Of a stretch of 64,000 nt of DNA, positions 52,622 to 60,790 are shown one piece after another. The notes under the pieces are model-generated. The model had not been told where the DNA came from. It searched no databases and saw nothing but the letters and a program-made list of their open reading frames with translations. Where the stretch lies: assembly GCF_004765795.1 (NCBI RefSeq), contig NZ_SBIV01000012.1, positions 1-64,000 on the forward strand. Direction: 5' to 3'. Made by a program: the position numbers and the translations under genes. The first letter of the stretch is position 1; each line of letters starts with the position of its first letter. The stretch comes from Halorussus marinus (GTDB lineage Archaea > Halobacteriota > Halobacteria > Halobacteriales > Haladaptataceae).

Positions 52622-54892
52622 TTAGTTGCTACGGCGGACTGCCAGCAGCGCGGCCGCGATGAGTGCGACCAGCGAGACAGCCATGCCGAAGCCGGGGATA
52701 CCGCCGTCGCCACCGTCACCTTCCGTGGTTTCGGTCGCTTCGGTCGTCTCCTCTTCTTCGGTCGTGGTCGTCTCTTCAGTCGTGGTCGTCTCTTCGGTCG
52801 TCGTCGTCTCCTCAGTCGTCTCCTCAGTCGTCTCTTCGGTCGTCGTCGTCTCCTCAGTCGTCTCGTCCTCACCGGTGTCGACGGATTCGAGGATCGTCGC
52901 GGTCACGGACGCCGACGCGTCGTCGGTCGCTTCGGCCGTGACATCGACTTCCGAGCCGTTCTCGAGCGCGCTCAGGTCGAACGTGCCGGAGAACTCGCCG
53001 TTCTCGTCGAGATCAGCGGTGGTCGACCAGTAGTCGTTGTCGGACTCGATCTCGATGTCGACTTCCGTGCCGGGTGCGAGGTTACTCGAGCCTTCGACCG
53101 TCGCGTTCTCGGAGTTCGCCAGTTCGAGTTCGTCGTCCTCGTTGAGGTTGTCGAACTCGAGGCTCTGCTCATCAACGCTGAACTCGGTTGAGACGTTCTC
53201 GGAGTTCTTCGTGAAGTCGTTGTTGTCGGTGACGTGGAAGTCCGCCGCGTAGTCGCTGCCGGCGGTCATGTCCGCGCTGTCGAAGACCGCGTAGAACGTG
53301 TTGTTCTCCGCGTCCTCGTAGTAGCCAAGCGCGTCCTGGTTGGCGTTGAACTGCTCGGCGTTCGCGTTCGGACCGGGGTCCTGCTGAGTCACGTTCAGGA
53401 ACACGCCGGTGCCCTGGTTCGTGACGTCACCGTCGTCCGCGGCGTACGAGAAGCTGTTGAGATCGTCGATGTAGCCGTAGATACCCGACGCCTGGGTCTC
53501 GACGACGACCAGGTCGTCCTGGGCGATGCTGTCGGACTGCGAGACGCCCTCGAGCAGGCCTTCGACGTCGTCAGGCAGGTTGTTCTGGCTGGTGTCCTGG
53601 TGGACCCAGGTGTTGATGTCGTCGGTCGAGCGCTGGCTGATGCTCAGGCTCGTCTTGTCCGCGCGGTTGTCGAACGAGGCGTCCGCGGTGTAGGCAACCA
53701 GATCGTAGTTACCGGCCGCAATCGCGTTCTCGAGGTGCTGGTCACCGTCGGTCACGGCGTTCCCGTCGTCGTCTTCGAGCGAGATACTGCCACCGACCCA
53801 GACACCGTGCTCGGGCTGACCGGTGGTCACCTCACCGTTTTCGGCGGTGACGAAGTCCGTCGGGTCCTGGTAGTTGTCGCCGTGGATTTCGTCGGTTTCG
53901 ATCGTGAGTTCGACTTCGTCGGTGTCGGTGTCCGTGTTCTTGGTGACGCGGAACCGCGAGACGAAGTTGGCGCCGGTGTCACCGAACTGGACGTCGGTGG
54001 AGTCGGCGTTCTCGATGCTGACGTTGAACGTCAGGTCGTCACCGCGCTCTTGGGAGACCGCGCTCCCGGGGAGGGTGACAGCGGCGTCTTCCTCTTCGGT
54101 GACGTTGAGATCGATCGTGTCCGAAGCCGAGGAATCAGTCGCCGCGAGCGTCAGGTCGTACTCGTCGACGTCGAAGCTACTGAAGTCGGCATTGTAGGTG
54201 GTGTCGGTCGAGGCGCCCGCGATGATGATCGAACTCTCGGCGTCGGCACTGCTGGTGTCGTCGTCTCCACTGTGGAGAGTGACGTCACCGTCGGCGACGT
54301 CGCCGTTGGTGACGAAGGCATCGTAGAGCTGGTCAGCGCTGAGGTCGCCGTCGGCCGAAACGTTCAGGGCGTAGCGGCCGCGGTTCGAGTCCAGAGTGAC
54401 CTCAGTCGTGGTTCCACTGCCCGAGCTCACGTTCACGCTGTCCGGACTCACTTCGAAGTCCTGGGGCGAGAACGAGAACACTGCGTCGCCGGTTTCTCCG
54501 TCGGCGTTCCGGTCGAGGACTGCGTTTTCACCGTCCGGGAAGTGAATCGGCTCACGGCCGGTGGTGGTGATCACGTACTGGCCGTCGAGACCGTCCTCTT
54601 CGAGGGTCGCCGTGCCCTCCGAGAGCGGGATCTGCGTGACGCGCGAACCGACGCCGTCACTGCCGTCCCACTCACGCAGCTCGACGATGTCGTTGTTACC
54701 GACGTTCGAGCCACTTACGTCGACTTCGAGCGTTTCGCCGTCCCAATAGGAATTGGGGGTCGTCAGAGTATCAGTTTGTTCACCGTGATTCGCAGCTGCT
54801 GAACCTGCGAAGGCGGTCGCGCCCGCGAAAACGGACATGACCATCAGCGCAGACAGCACCACACTGCGGATCTTATCGTTTGTTGTTGTCAT
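52622..54892 (-). CDS. csg: S-layer (cell surface) glycoprotein with PGF-CTERM
   Basis: Signal peptide; acidic Ig-like domains; Thr-rich linker; IPGFG-TM-RR tail. Confidence 0.88.
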   Translation of the reverse strand: MTTTNDKIRSVVLSALMVMSVFAGATAFAGSAAANHGEQTDTLTTPNSYWDGETLEVDVSGSNVGNNDIVELREWDGSDGVGSRVTQIPLSEGTATLEEDGLDGQYVITTTGREPIHFPDGENAVLDRNADGETGDAVFSFSPQDFEVSPDSVNVSSGSGTTTEVTLDSNRGRYALNVSADGDLSADQLYDAFVTNGDVADGDVTLHSGDDDTSSADAESSIIIAGASTDTTYNADFSSFDVDEYDLTLAATDSSASDTIDLNVTEEEDAAVTLPGSAVSQERGDDLTFNVSIENADSTDVQFGDTGANFVSRFRVTKNTDTDTDEVELTIETDEIHGDNYQDPTDFVTAENGEVTTGQPEHGVWVGGSISLEDDDGNAVTDGDQHLENAIAAGNYDLVAYTADASFDNRADKTSLSISQRSTDDINTWVHQDTSQNNLPDDVEGLLEGVSQSDSIAQDDLVVVETQASGIYGYIDDLNSFSYAADDGDVTNQGTGVFLNVTQQDPGPNANAEQFNANQDALGYYEDAENNTFYAVFDSADMTAGSDYAADFHVTDNNDFTKNSENVSTEFSVDEQSLEFDNLNEDDELELANSENATVEGSSNLAPGTEVDIEIESDNDYWSTTADLDENGEFSGTFDLSALENGSEVDVTAEATDDASASVTATILESVDTGEDETTEETTTTEETTEETTEETTTTEETTTTEETTTTEEEETTEATETTEGDGGDGGIPGFGMAVSLVALIAAALLAVRRSN
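52723..52866 (-). repeat. Tandem codon repeats encoding the Thr/Glu linker (TTEE / TTTTEE)
   Basis: Repeated GTCGTCTC(C/T)TC(A/G) units. Confidence 0.9.
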
Positions 54893-55045
54893 GGTTTGGT
54901 TGGTTATTCGGTCGGCGACAGCACCTTTCCGGCGACCCTAGTTTCGTAACCCGGCGTTTCCGGGCGCGGGCCGACTGTACTCGCTACTGCCACCATGGGT
55001 AGGGGTACAGTAGGAATCAACCGGCGGGTGTGGTAAATACTTTGT
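54893..55045 (-). promoter_or_regulatory. csg promoter and ~120-nt structured leader containing a 30-codon uORF
   Basis: TATTTA at 55039-55034; stems CTGTAC/GTACAG, GTCGGC/GCCGAC, CCCGG/CCGGG; ATG 54996 to TAA 54904. Confidence 0.6.
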
Positions 55046-55431
55046 GTTATCTTAACCGCCGATTCGGGCGTGCGAACCCCTCACACGTCCGGGTTCTGTA
55101 GAGAGGAACGACGTCGTTGTGCATCGTTTGCGCGCACGAAATGTCGCATGTCCCGGCCGAAACGGAGTGTTTCCGGTCGAGTGCCGGCCGCTGGGACACT
55201 CCCACGGTAGCGCGCCGTGTCGAGGCGAGCGCTCGGGCGAGCGATCGACCGTCGCGTACGAGTAGTCAGCTCGGGGTCATAACGGTGCCTTTCGAGGGAC
55301 GGAACGGAGGTAGAATGGAGCGTGTGCGGCGCGCGCTCGAATTCTGTCACGGCGTCCGATCCCGACCCGCCGAGTCGCGGAACCGAACGGTCGATGGGTG
55401 CCCTGTCACTAAACCGGCGTCGATCGGTAGC

Positions 55432-56190
55432 TCAGTCCCGCGACAGCACTTCGAACTCGTGGCCGTCGGGGTCCTTGGTGAACGCGTAGCGGTCGTCGCA
55501 GGAGGCGGGGTCGCGATAGTCCTCGCCCTCGCGTTCCATCAGCGTCTCCCAGTCGTCGTGGAGGTCGTCGCTCCGGATCGCGAGGTGGCCCCACGCGTCG
55601 CCCAGCTCGTACGTCCGGCCGTCGTAGTTGTACGTGAGCTCGACCGCCATCGCCTCGTCGGCGGCGCCTTCGGGCTTCATGAAGTAGTTCGCGAAGGTGT
55701 CGGACTCCCACCGGCCGGTGTGTTCGTACTCCAGCTTACGGGTGAACCACCCGAGCGACTCGTCGGCGTCCTCGACGCGCATCATCGTGTGGTCGAGACT
55801 CCAGGTCGCACCGTAGTCGCGCTCGACGATCTCGACCTCGTGGCCGTCGGGGTCGGTGACGAAGGCGTACGATCCCCCACAGGAGTCGGGGTCGCGGTAG
55901 TCCTCGACGCCCTCGTCCATCAGTTGCTCGTAGGCGTCGTAGACATCGTCGACACGTACCGCGATGTGGCCCCAGGCGTCGCCGAGGTCGTAGGTCCGGT
56001 CGTCGTGATTGTACGTGAGTTCGAGGACCGCGCCCTCCTCGTGAACGTCGGCCGGACCGAGGTAGACGTTGGTGAAGGTGTCGGCCTCCCAGCGGCCCTT
56101 CTCCTCGTAATCGAGGTGGTTCTGGTACCAGTCGAGGCTCGCTTCGAGATCCTCGACGCGCATCATGACGTGGTCGAGCGTCGCGTTCAT
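55432..56190 (-). CDS. Two-domain VOC/glyoxalase I-like protein
   Basis: Duplicated LDH.MMRVED...ELTYN...WGH.A...DPDGHE.E. Confidence 0.92.
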   Translation of the reverse strand: MNATLDHVMMRVEDLEASLDWYQNHLDYEEKGRWEADTFTNVYLGPADVHEEGAVLELTYNHDDRTYDLGDAWGHIAVRVDDVYDAYEQLMDEGVEDYRDPDSCGGSYAFVTDPDGHEVEIVERDYGATWSLDHTMMRVEDADESLGWFTRKLEYEHTGRWESDTFANYFMKPEGAADEAMAVELTYNYDGRTYELGDAWGHLAIRSDDLHDDWETLMEREGEDYRDPASCDDRYAFTKDPDGHEFEVLSRD

Positions 56191-56256
56191 ACACGTAGAC
56201 GTTGAGCCGTCCGAGGCGAAAAGGCTACTGTTCGCGGAAGCACCCCGAGCGGCGGG

Positions 56257-56673
56257 TCACCACCGGAACGTCTCGCGCAGGTCCGGCCAGTGGAACCACC
56301 ACGCCGCGGCCCAGAGCGCGAGCGTCCCCGACGGAACCGCGAGCAGGCCTCTCCGGGACATCCCCAACGAGAACCAGAGATGGCTCGCGCCCGCGAGAAC
56401 CAACAGCCCGCCGGTTACGCGCCGATCCTCGTACGCCGCTCCGAGCCGTCCGAGGACGGCGCTCGCGACCGCGAGCAGGTACAGCCCGACGCCGACCGGC
56501 CACGCCAACAGTCGCCGGGGCAGACCGATCGTGTAGACCAGCAGGTAGTCCGGGAGCGTCGTGACGTGAAACGGCGCGGTGCTCACCAGCCCCCACGAGA
56601 AGACCAGATCGCCGGTGGCGAAGACGGTCCACGGGAGCGCGGCCAGCCCGGCGAGCGCGAGGACGCGACGCAT
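56257..56673 (-). CDS. Small membrane protein downstream of the DRG GTPase
   Basis: Hydrophobic; abuts the GTPase stop codon. Confidence 0.7.
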   Translation of the reverse strand: MRRVLALAGLAALPWTVFATGDLVFSWGLVSTAPFHVTTLPDYLLVYTIGLPRRLLAWPVGVGLYLLAVASAVLGRLGAAYEDRRVTGGLLVLAGASHLWFSLGMSRRGLLAVPSGTLALWAAAWWFHWPDLRETFRW

Positions 56674-57783
56674 CTACTTCCGGACGACCATCCGGAGGAC
56701 ATCCTCGTCGGCGAGCTCGTGGGCTTTCCCGACCTGCTGTTCGTCGTGTTTGGCGCTCGGACCCGAGACGCGGGCGAACCGGAACCGGCTTTCGAGGTCG
56801 CCGCCGAGCCGCCGGGCGGCGTCCTCGACGGTCGACCCCTTCGGGAGCACCAGCGGCTCGTCGTAGTCGACCCCGCGACCGGGTTTGTCCATGTAGATCC
56901 GCATCAGGCCGAGCTCCTCCCAGATGGTCTGTTTGAGCGAGTCGAGGCCCCTCTCCTCCTCGGCGGAGATGAAGATCGTCTCCTCTGGGTCGATGTCGTG
57001 GTCGCGCAGATCGTCTTTGACCGTCTCGACGTAGTCGGGTTCGATGAGGTCGACCTTGTTGACCGTCACGATCGAGGGGATGTACTCGCGGTTGTCCATC
57101 ACGCCGTCGACGAGCCGATCGATGTCGACCTGCTCGCGGACGGTCACGTCGGCGTTGACGTAACCGTGCTCGCGCATGACTTCCTTGACGACGTCTTCGG
57201 GCAGGTCGAGGTCGACGCTCGACGTGACCCGGATCCCGCCCTTGCCCTTCTTCGAGATCTTGACGCTCGGAGGCGCTTGATCGAGCCGGATCTTGTTCTC
57301 GTAGAGTTCCTCGCGGAGGCGGGCGTACTGGTCGATCTCGAACACCGAGAGCACGAACACCACCAGATCGGCCGCACGCACGACCGACAACACTTCCTGA
57401 CCGCCGCCCCGGCCCTGCGCCGCGCCCTCGATGAGCCCCGGAACGTCGAGCAGCTGGATGTTCGCGCCGTTGTACTGCAACATCCCGGGGTTGACGTTGA
57501 GCGTCGTGAACTCGTAGTCGCCGACCTCGCTCTCGGCGGCGGTCAGCGAATTCAGGAGTGTCGACTTGCCCACGCTCGGGAAGCCGACGAACGCGACCGT
57601 CGCGTCGCCGTGTTTCTCGACGTGGTAGCCTTCGCCGCCGCCCGCGGAGGACTGGTTCTCGAGTTTCTCCTTTTTCTCCGCGAGCTTGGCTTTGAGCCGT
57701 CCGATGTGGGCCTCCGTAGACTTGTTGTACGGAGTCTCGGCTATCTCCTCGCGGAGGGCATCGATTTCGTCCTCCAATCCCAT
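56674..57783 (-). CDS. drg: DRG/OBG-family GTPase with TGS domain
   Basis: GFPSVGKS, YEFTT, DVPG, NKVD. Confidence 0.93.
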   Translation of the reverse strand: MGLEDEIDALREEIAETPYNKSTEAHIGRLKAKLAEKKEKLENQSSAGGGEGYHVEKHGDATVAFVGFPSVGKSTLLNSLTAAESEVGDYEFTTLNVNPGMLQYNGANIQLLDVPGLIEGAAQGRGGGQEVLSVVRAADLVVFVLSVFEIDQYARLREELYENKIRLDQAPPSVKISKKGKGGIRVTSSVDLDLPEDVVKEVMREHGYVNADVTVREQVDIDRLVDGVMDNREYIPSIVTVNKVDLIEPDYVETVKDDLRDHDIDPEETIFISAEEERGLDSLKQTIWEELGLMRIYMDKPGRGVDYDEPLVLPKGSTVEDAARRLGGDLESRFRFARVSGPSAKHDEQQVGKAHELADEDVLRMVVRK

Positions 57784-57908
57784 TGGGAGAGAGTGGGCCG
57801 CGCGCGCCGAAAAACCCTTTCCTTCCCGGCGGGTGGGTCGGTCTCGGCGGCCGCCGGGGAGACGACCGAAAGATAACTCTTAAAACCGCCGCGGGGGTTC
57901 GTACACGT

Positions 57909-58397
57909 ATGGCTGAGACGATAGAAGTGCTCGTCCCCGGCGGCCAGGCCGACCCCGGCCCGCCGCTCGGGCCCGAGCTCGGACCGACGCCCGTCAACGT
58001 ACAGGAAGTCGTCAGCGACATCAACGACCGGACGGAAGCCTTCGACGGCACCGAGGTCCCCGTGACCATCACGGTCGAGGACGACGGCGGCTACGAGATC
58101 GAAGTCGGCGTCCCGCCGACGGCCGCGCTGATCAAAGACGAGGCCGGCTTCGAGACCGGGAGCGGCGAGCCCCAGAAGGACTTCGTCGCGGACATCACCA
58201 TCGAGCAGGTGAAGACCATCGCCGAGCAGAAGCATCCGGACCTGCTGGCCTACGACACGAAGAACGCCGCGAAGGAGATCGTCGGGACGTGCGCCTCGCT
58301 CGGCGTCACGATCGAGGGCGAGGACGCCCGCGAGTTCAAAGAGAAGGTCGACGCCGGCGAGTACGACGACGTACTCGCGAGCGAAGCGACGGCCTAA
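57909..58397 (+). CDS. rpl11: 50S ribosomal protein uL11
   Basis: GGQADPGPPLGPELG...GTCASLG. Confidence 0.98.
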   Translation: MAETIEVLVPGGQADPGPPLGPELGPTPVNVQEVVSDINDRTEAFDGTEVPVTITVEDDGGYEIEVGVPPTAALIKDEAGFETGSGEPQKDFVADITIEQVKTIAEQKHPDLLAYDTKNAAKEIVGTCASLGVTIEGEDAREFKEKVDAGEYDDVLASEATA

Positions 58398-58556
58398 CGC
58401 CCGACTGCTCGAAAAACGGGCGGACCGAGCTTTTCGACGTTTCGTCTTCACGGGTAGCGACGGTTCGGATAGCGACGCCTCGTTTAGACCGGGAGCGACG
58501 CGTTCGCCACGGAGCCCGTGGGAAGCCGACACGAACTGGTTCGTCGCGGTTCGACG

Positions 58557-58671
58557 GGTTTAAGTTTCGCATCGCCATCGTTTCGGAACGAGACAGGCGT
58601 CTACTGTCGTCCTAGACAGTAACCTGTTTCACTGACCCGTAGGAGCGTCCTGCGTACTACGGAGGTGAACA
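58557..58671 (+). promoter_or_regulatory. rpl1 promoter and structured leader (L1 autoregulatory site candidate)
   Basis: TTTAAG near 58559; nested stems 58590-58630; CCGTAG/CTACGG stem overlapping the GGAGGTGA SD. Confidence 0.65.
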
Positions 58672-59310
58672 ATGGCAGATCAGGAGATAGAGCAAGCAGT
58701 CTCTCGCGCACTCGAGGATGCACCCGAGCGGAACTTCCGCGAAACGGTGGACCTCGCAGTCAACTTGCGCGACTTAGATTTGAACGAGCCGTCGAATCGT
58801 GTAGACGAGAGTATCGTCCTCCCGTCCGGAACCGGACAGGAGACCAAGATCGTCGTGTTCGCGGAGGGCGAGACCGCCCTGCGCGCCGAAGAAGTCGCCG
58901 ACGAAGTCTTCGATGGAGACGACCTCGAAGACCTCGGTGACGACGACGACGAGGCCAAGGATCTGGCCGACGAGACCGACTTCTTCATCGCGGAAGCGCC
59001 GATGATGCAAGACATCGGTCGGTATCTCGGTACGATCCTCGGCCCCCGAGGGAAGATGCCCGAACCGCTCCAGCCCGACGACGATGTCGTCGAGACCGTC
59101 AACCGGATGAAGAACACGGTCCAGCTGCGCAGCGGTGACCGGCGCACCTTCCACACCCGGGTCGGTGCGGAGGACATGGGCGCCGAGGATATCGCCGACA
59201 ACATCGACGTCATCCTCCGGCGTCTCCACTCCAACCTCGAGAAAGGTCCGCTCAACGTCGACACGGTCTACGTGAAGACGACGATGGGACCGTCCGTGGA
59301 GGTCGCCTAA
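58672..59310 (+). CDS. rpl1: 50S ribosomal protein uL1
   Basis: [23 protein letters not shown]. Confidence 0.98.
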   Translation: MADQEIEQAVSRALEDAPERNFRETVDLAVNLRDLDLNEPSNRVDESIVLPSGTGQETKIVVFAEGETALRAEEVADEVFDGDDLEDLGDDDDEAKDLADETDFFIAEAPMMQDIGRYLGTILGPRGKMPEPLQPDDDVVETVNRMKNTVQLRSGDRRTFHTRVGAEDMGAEDIADNIDVILRRLHSNLEKGPLNVDTVYVKTTMGPSVEVA

Positions 59311-59311
59311 G

Positions 59312-60358
59312 ATGTCAGCCGAAGCCGAACGCAAGACAGAGACGATTCCCCAGTGGAAACAAGAGGAGGTCGACGAGCTGGTCGACCTCATCGAGGGGTA
59401 CAGCAGCGTCGGCATCGTCAACGTGACCGGGATTCCGTCCCGCCAGCTCCAGACGATGCGGCGAAACCTCCACGGGAGCGCCGAGCTCCGGATCAGCCGG
59501 AACACGCTGCTCGAACGCGCCCTCGAGGAAGTCGACGAGGGCATCGAGGAGCTGACCCAGTACGTCTCCGGCGAGGTCGGTCTCATCGGGACGAACGACA
59601 ACCCCTTCGGGCTGTTCAAGGAACTCGAAGCCTCGAAGAGCCCCGCCCCGATCAGCGCCGGGGAAGTCGCCCCCAACGACATCGTCATCACCGAAGGTGA
59701 CACGGGCGTCGACCCCGGTCCGTTCGTGGGCGAACTCCAGAGCATCGGCGCGGCGGCGCGCATCATGGAGGGCTCGATTCACGTCACCGAAGACAGCGTG
59801 GTCGCCGAGGAGGGCGAGGAGGTCGACGCCGACGTGGCGAACGTTCTCGCGGAACTCGGCATGGAGCCCAAAGAGGTCGGACTCGACCTCCGAGGCGTGT
59901 TCTCCGACGGCGTCGTGTTCGAGGCCGACGAACTGGCCATCGACGTCGAGGAGTACCGCGCGGACGTCGAGGCCGCCGCGGCTCGCGCCCGGAACCTCTC
60001 GGTCAACGCGGTCTTCCCGACCGACCAGACCGTCCCTACCCTCGTCCGGAAGGCCGAGGGCGAGGCCAAGAGCCTCGGTCTGGAGGCCGCCGTCGAGAGC
60101 CCGGACCTGGCCGACGACCTCGTGAGCGCGGCCGACGCGCAGGTCCGCGCGCTCGCCGCGCAGATCGACGACGAGGAGGCGCTGCCCGAGGAGCTCAGCG
60201 ACGTCGAGGCTCCCGGCGCGGGCGCCGACGCGGAGACTGCTGACGAATCGAGCGACGAAGAACCCGAATCCGAAGACGACGCCGAGGAAGCCGACGCCGA
60301 CGACGATGACGATGACGAGGAGGACGGCGGCGACGCGCTCGGCGCGATGTTCGGATAA
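59312..60358 (+). CDS. rpl10: 50S ribosomal protein uL10 (P0)
   Basis: [19 protein letters not shown]; acidic tail ending LGAMFG. Confidence 0.97.
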   Translation: MSAEAERKTETIPQWKQEEVDELVDLIEGYSSVGIVNVTGIPSRQLQTMRRNLHGSAELRISRNTLLERALEEVDEGIEELTQYVSGEVGLIGTNDNPFGLFKELEASKSPAPISAGEVAPNDIVITEGDTGVDPGPFVGELQSIGAAARIMEGSIHVTEDSVVAEEGEEVDADVANVLAELGMEPKEVGLDLRGVFSDGVVFEADELAIDVEEYRADVEAAAARARNLSVNAVFPTDQTVPTLVRKAEGEAKSLGLEAAVESPDLADDLVSAADAQVRALAAQIDDEEALPEELSDVEAPGAGADAETADESSDEEPESEDDAEEADADDDDDDEEDGGDALGAMFG

Positions 60359-60376
60359 CCCACACCACTACTACCA

Positions 60377-60718
60377 ATGGAATACGTTTACGCTGCACTC
60401 ATCCTGAACGAATCGGACGAAGAGATCAACGAAGACAACCTCACCAACGTGCTCGACGCCGCCGGCGTCGACGTCGAGGAGTCCCGCGTCAAGGCGCTCG
60501 TCGCCGCGCTCGAGGACGTCGACATCGACGAGGCCGTCGAGCAGGCCGCGGCCGTTCCCGCGGGCGGCGCCGCCGGTGGCGCTGGCGCCGAGGGCGATGC
60601 CGAGGAAGCCGACGCCGAGGAAGAGGCCGAAGAGGAGGCCGACGAAGAGGAAGCCGACGAAGGCGACGACGAGGACGACGAGGCCGACGGCGAAGGTCTC
60701 GGCGAACTCTTCGGCTAA
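60377..60718 (+). CDS. rpl12: 50S ribosomal stalk protein P1/aL12
   Basis: [10 protein letters not shown]...GLGELFG. Confidence 0.97.
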   Translation: MEYVYAALILNESDEEINEDNLTNVLDAAGVDVEESRVKALVAALEDVDIDEAVEQAAAVPAGGAAGGAGAEGDAEEADAEEEAEEEADEEEADEGDDEDDEADGEGLGELFG

Positions 60719-60790
60719 CGCCGGCTCGACAACTCGATCTTTCTTTCGCGCGCCGACCGGCGAGTGGCGACGCCGTCCGGTCGGGCCCGC

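Noticed and set aside
52723..52866. Short tandem repeats as a possible CRISPR array
   Set aside because: No unique spacers; they encode the Thr/Glu linker of the S-layer protein. No CRISPR array or cas gene was seen in the window.
55305..56205. GGAGGT-led ATG near 55315 opening a plus-strand frame
   Set aside because: Runs antisense through the VOC gene and gives an implausible protein; likely a chance SD.
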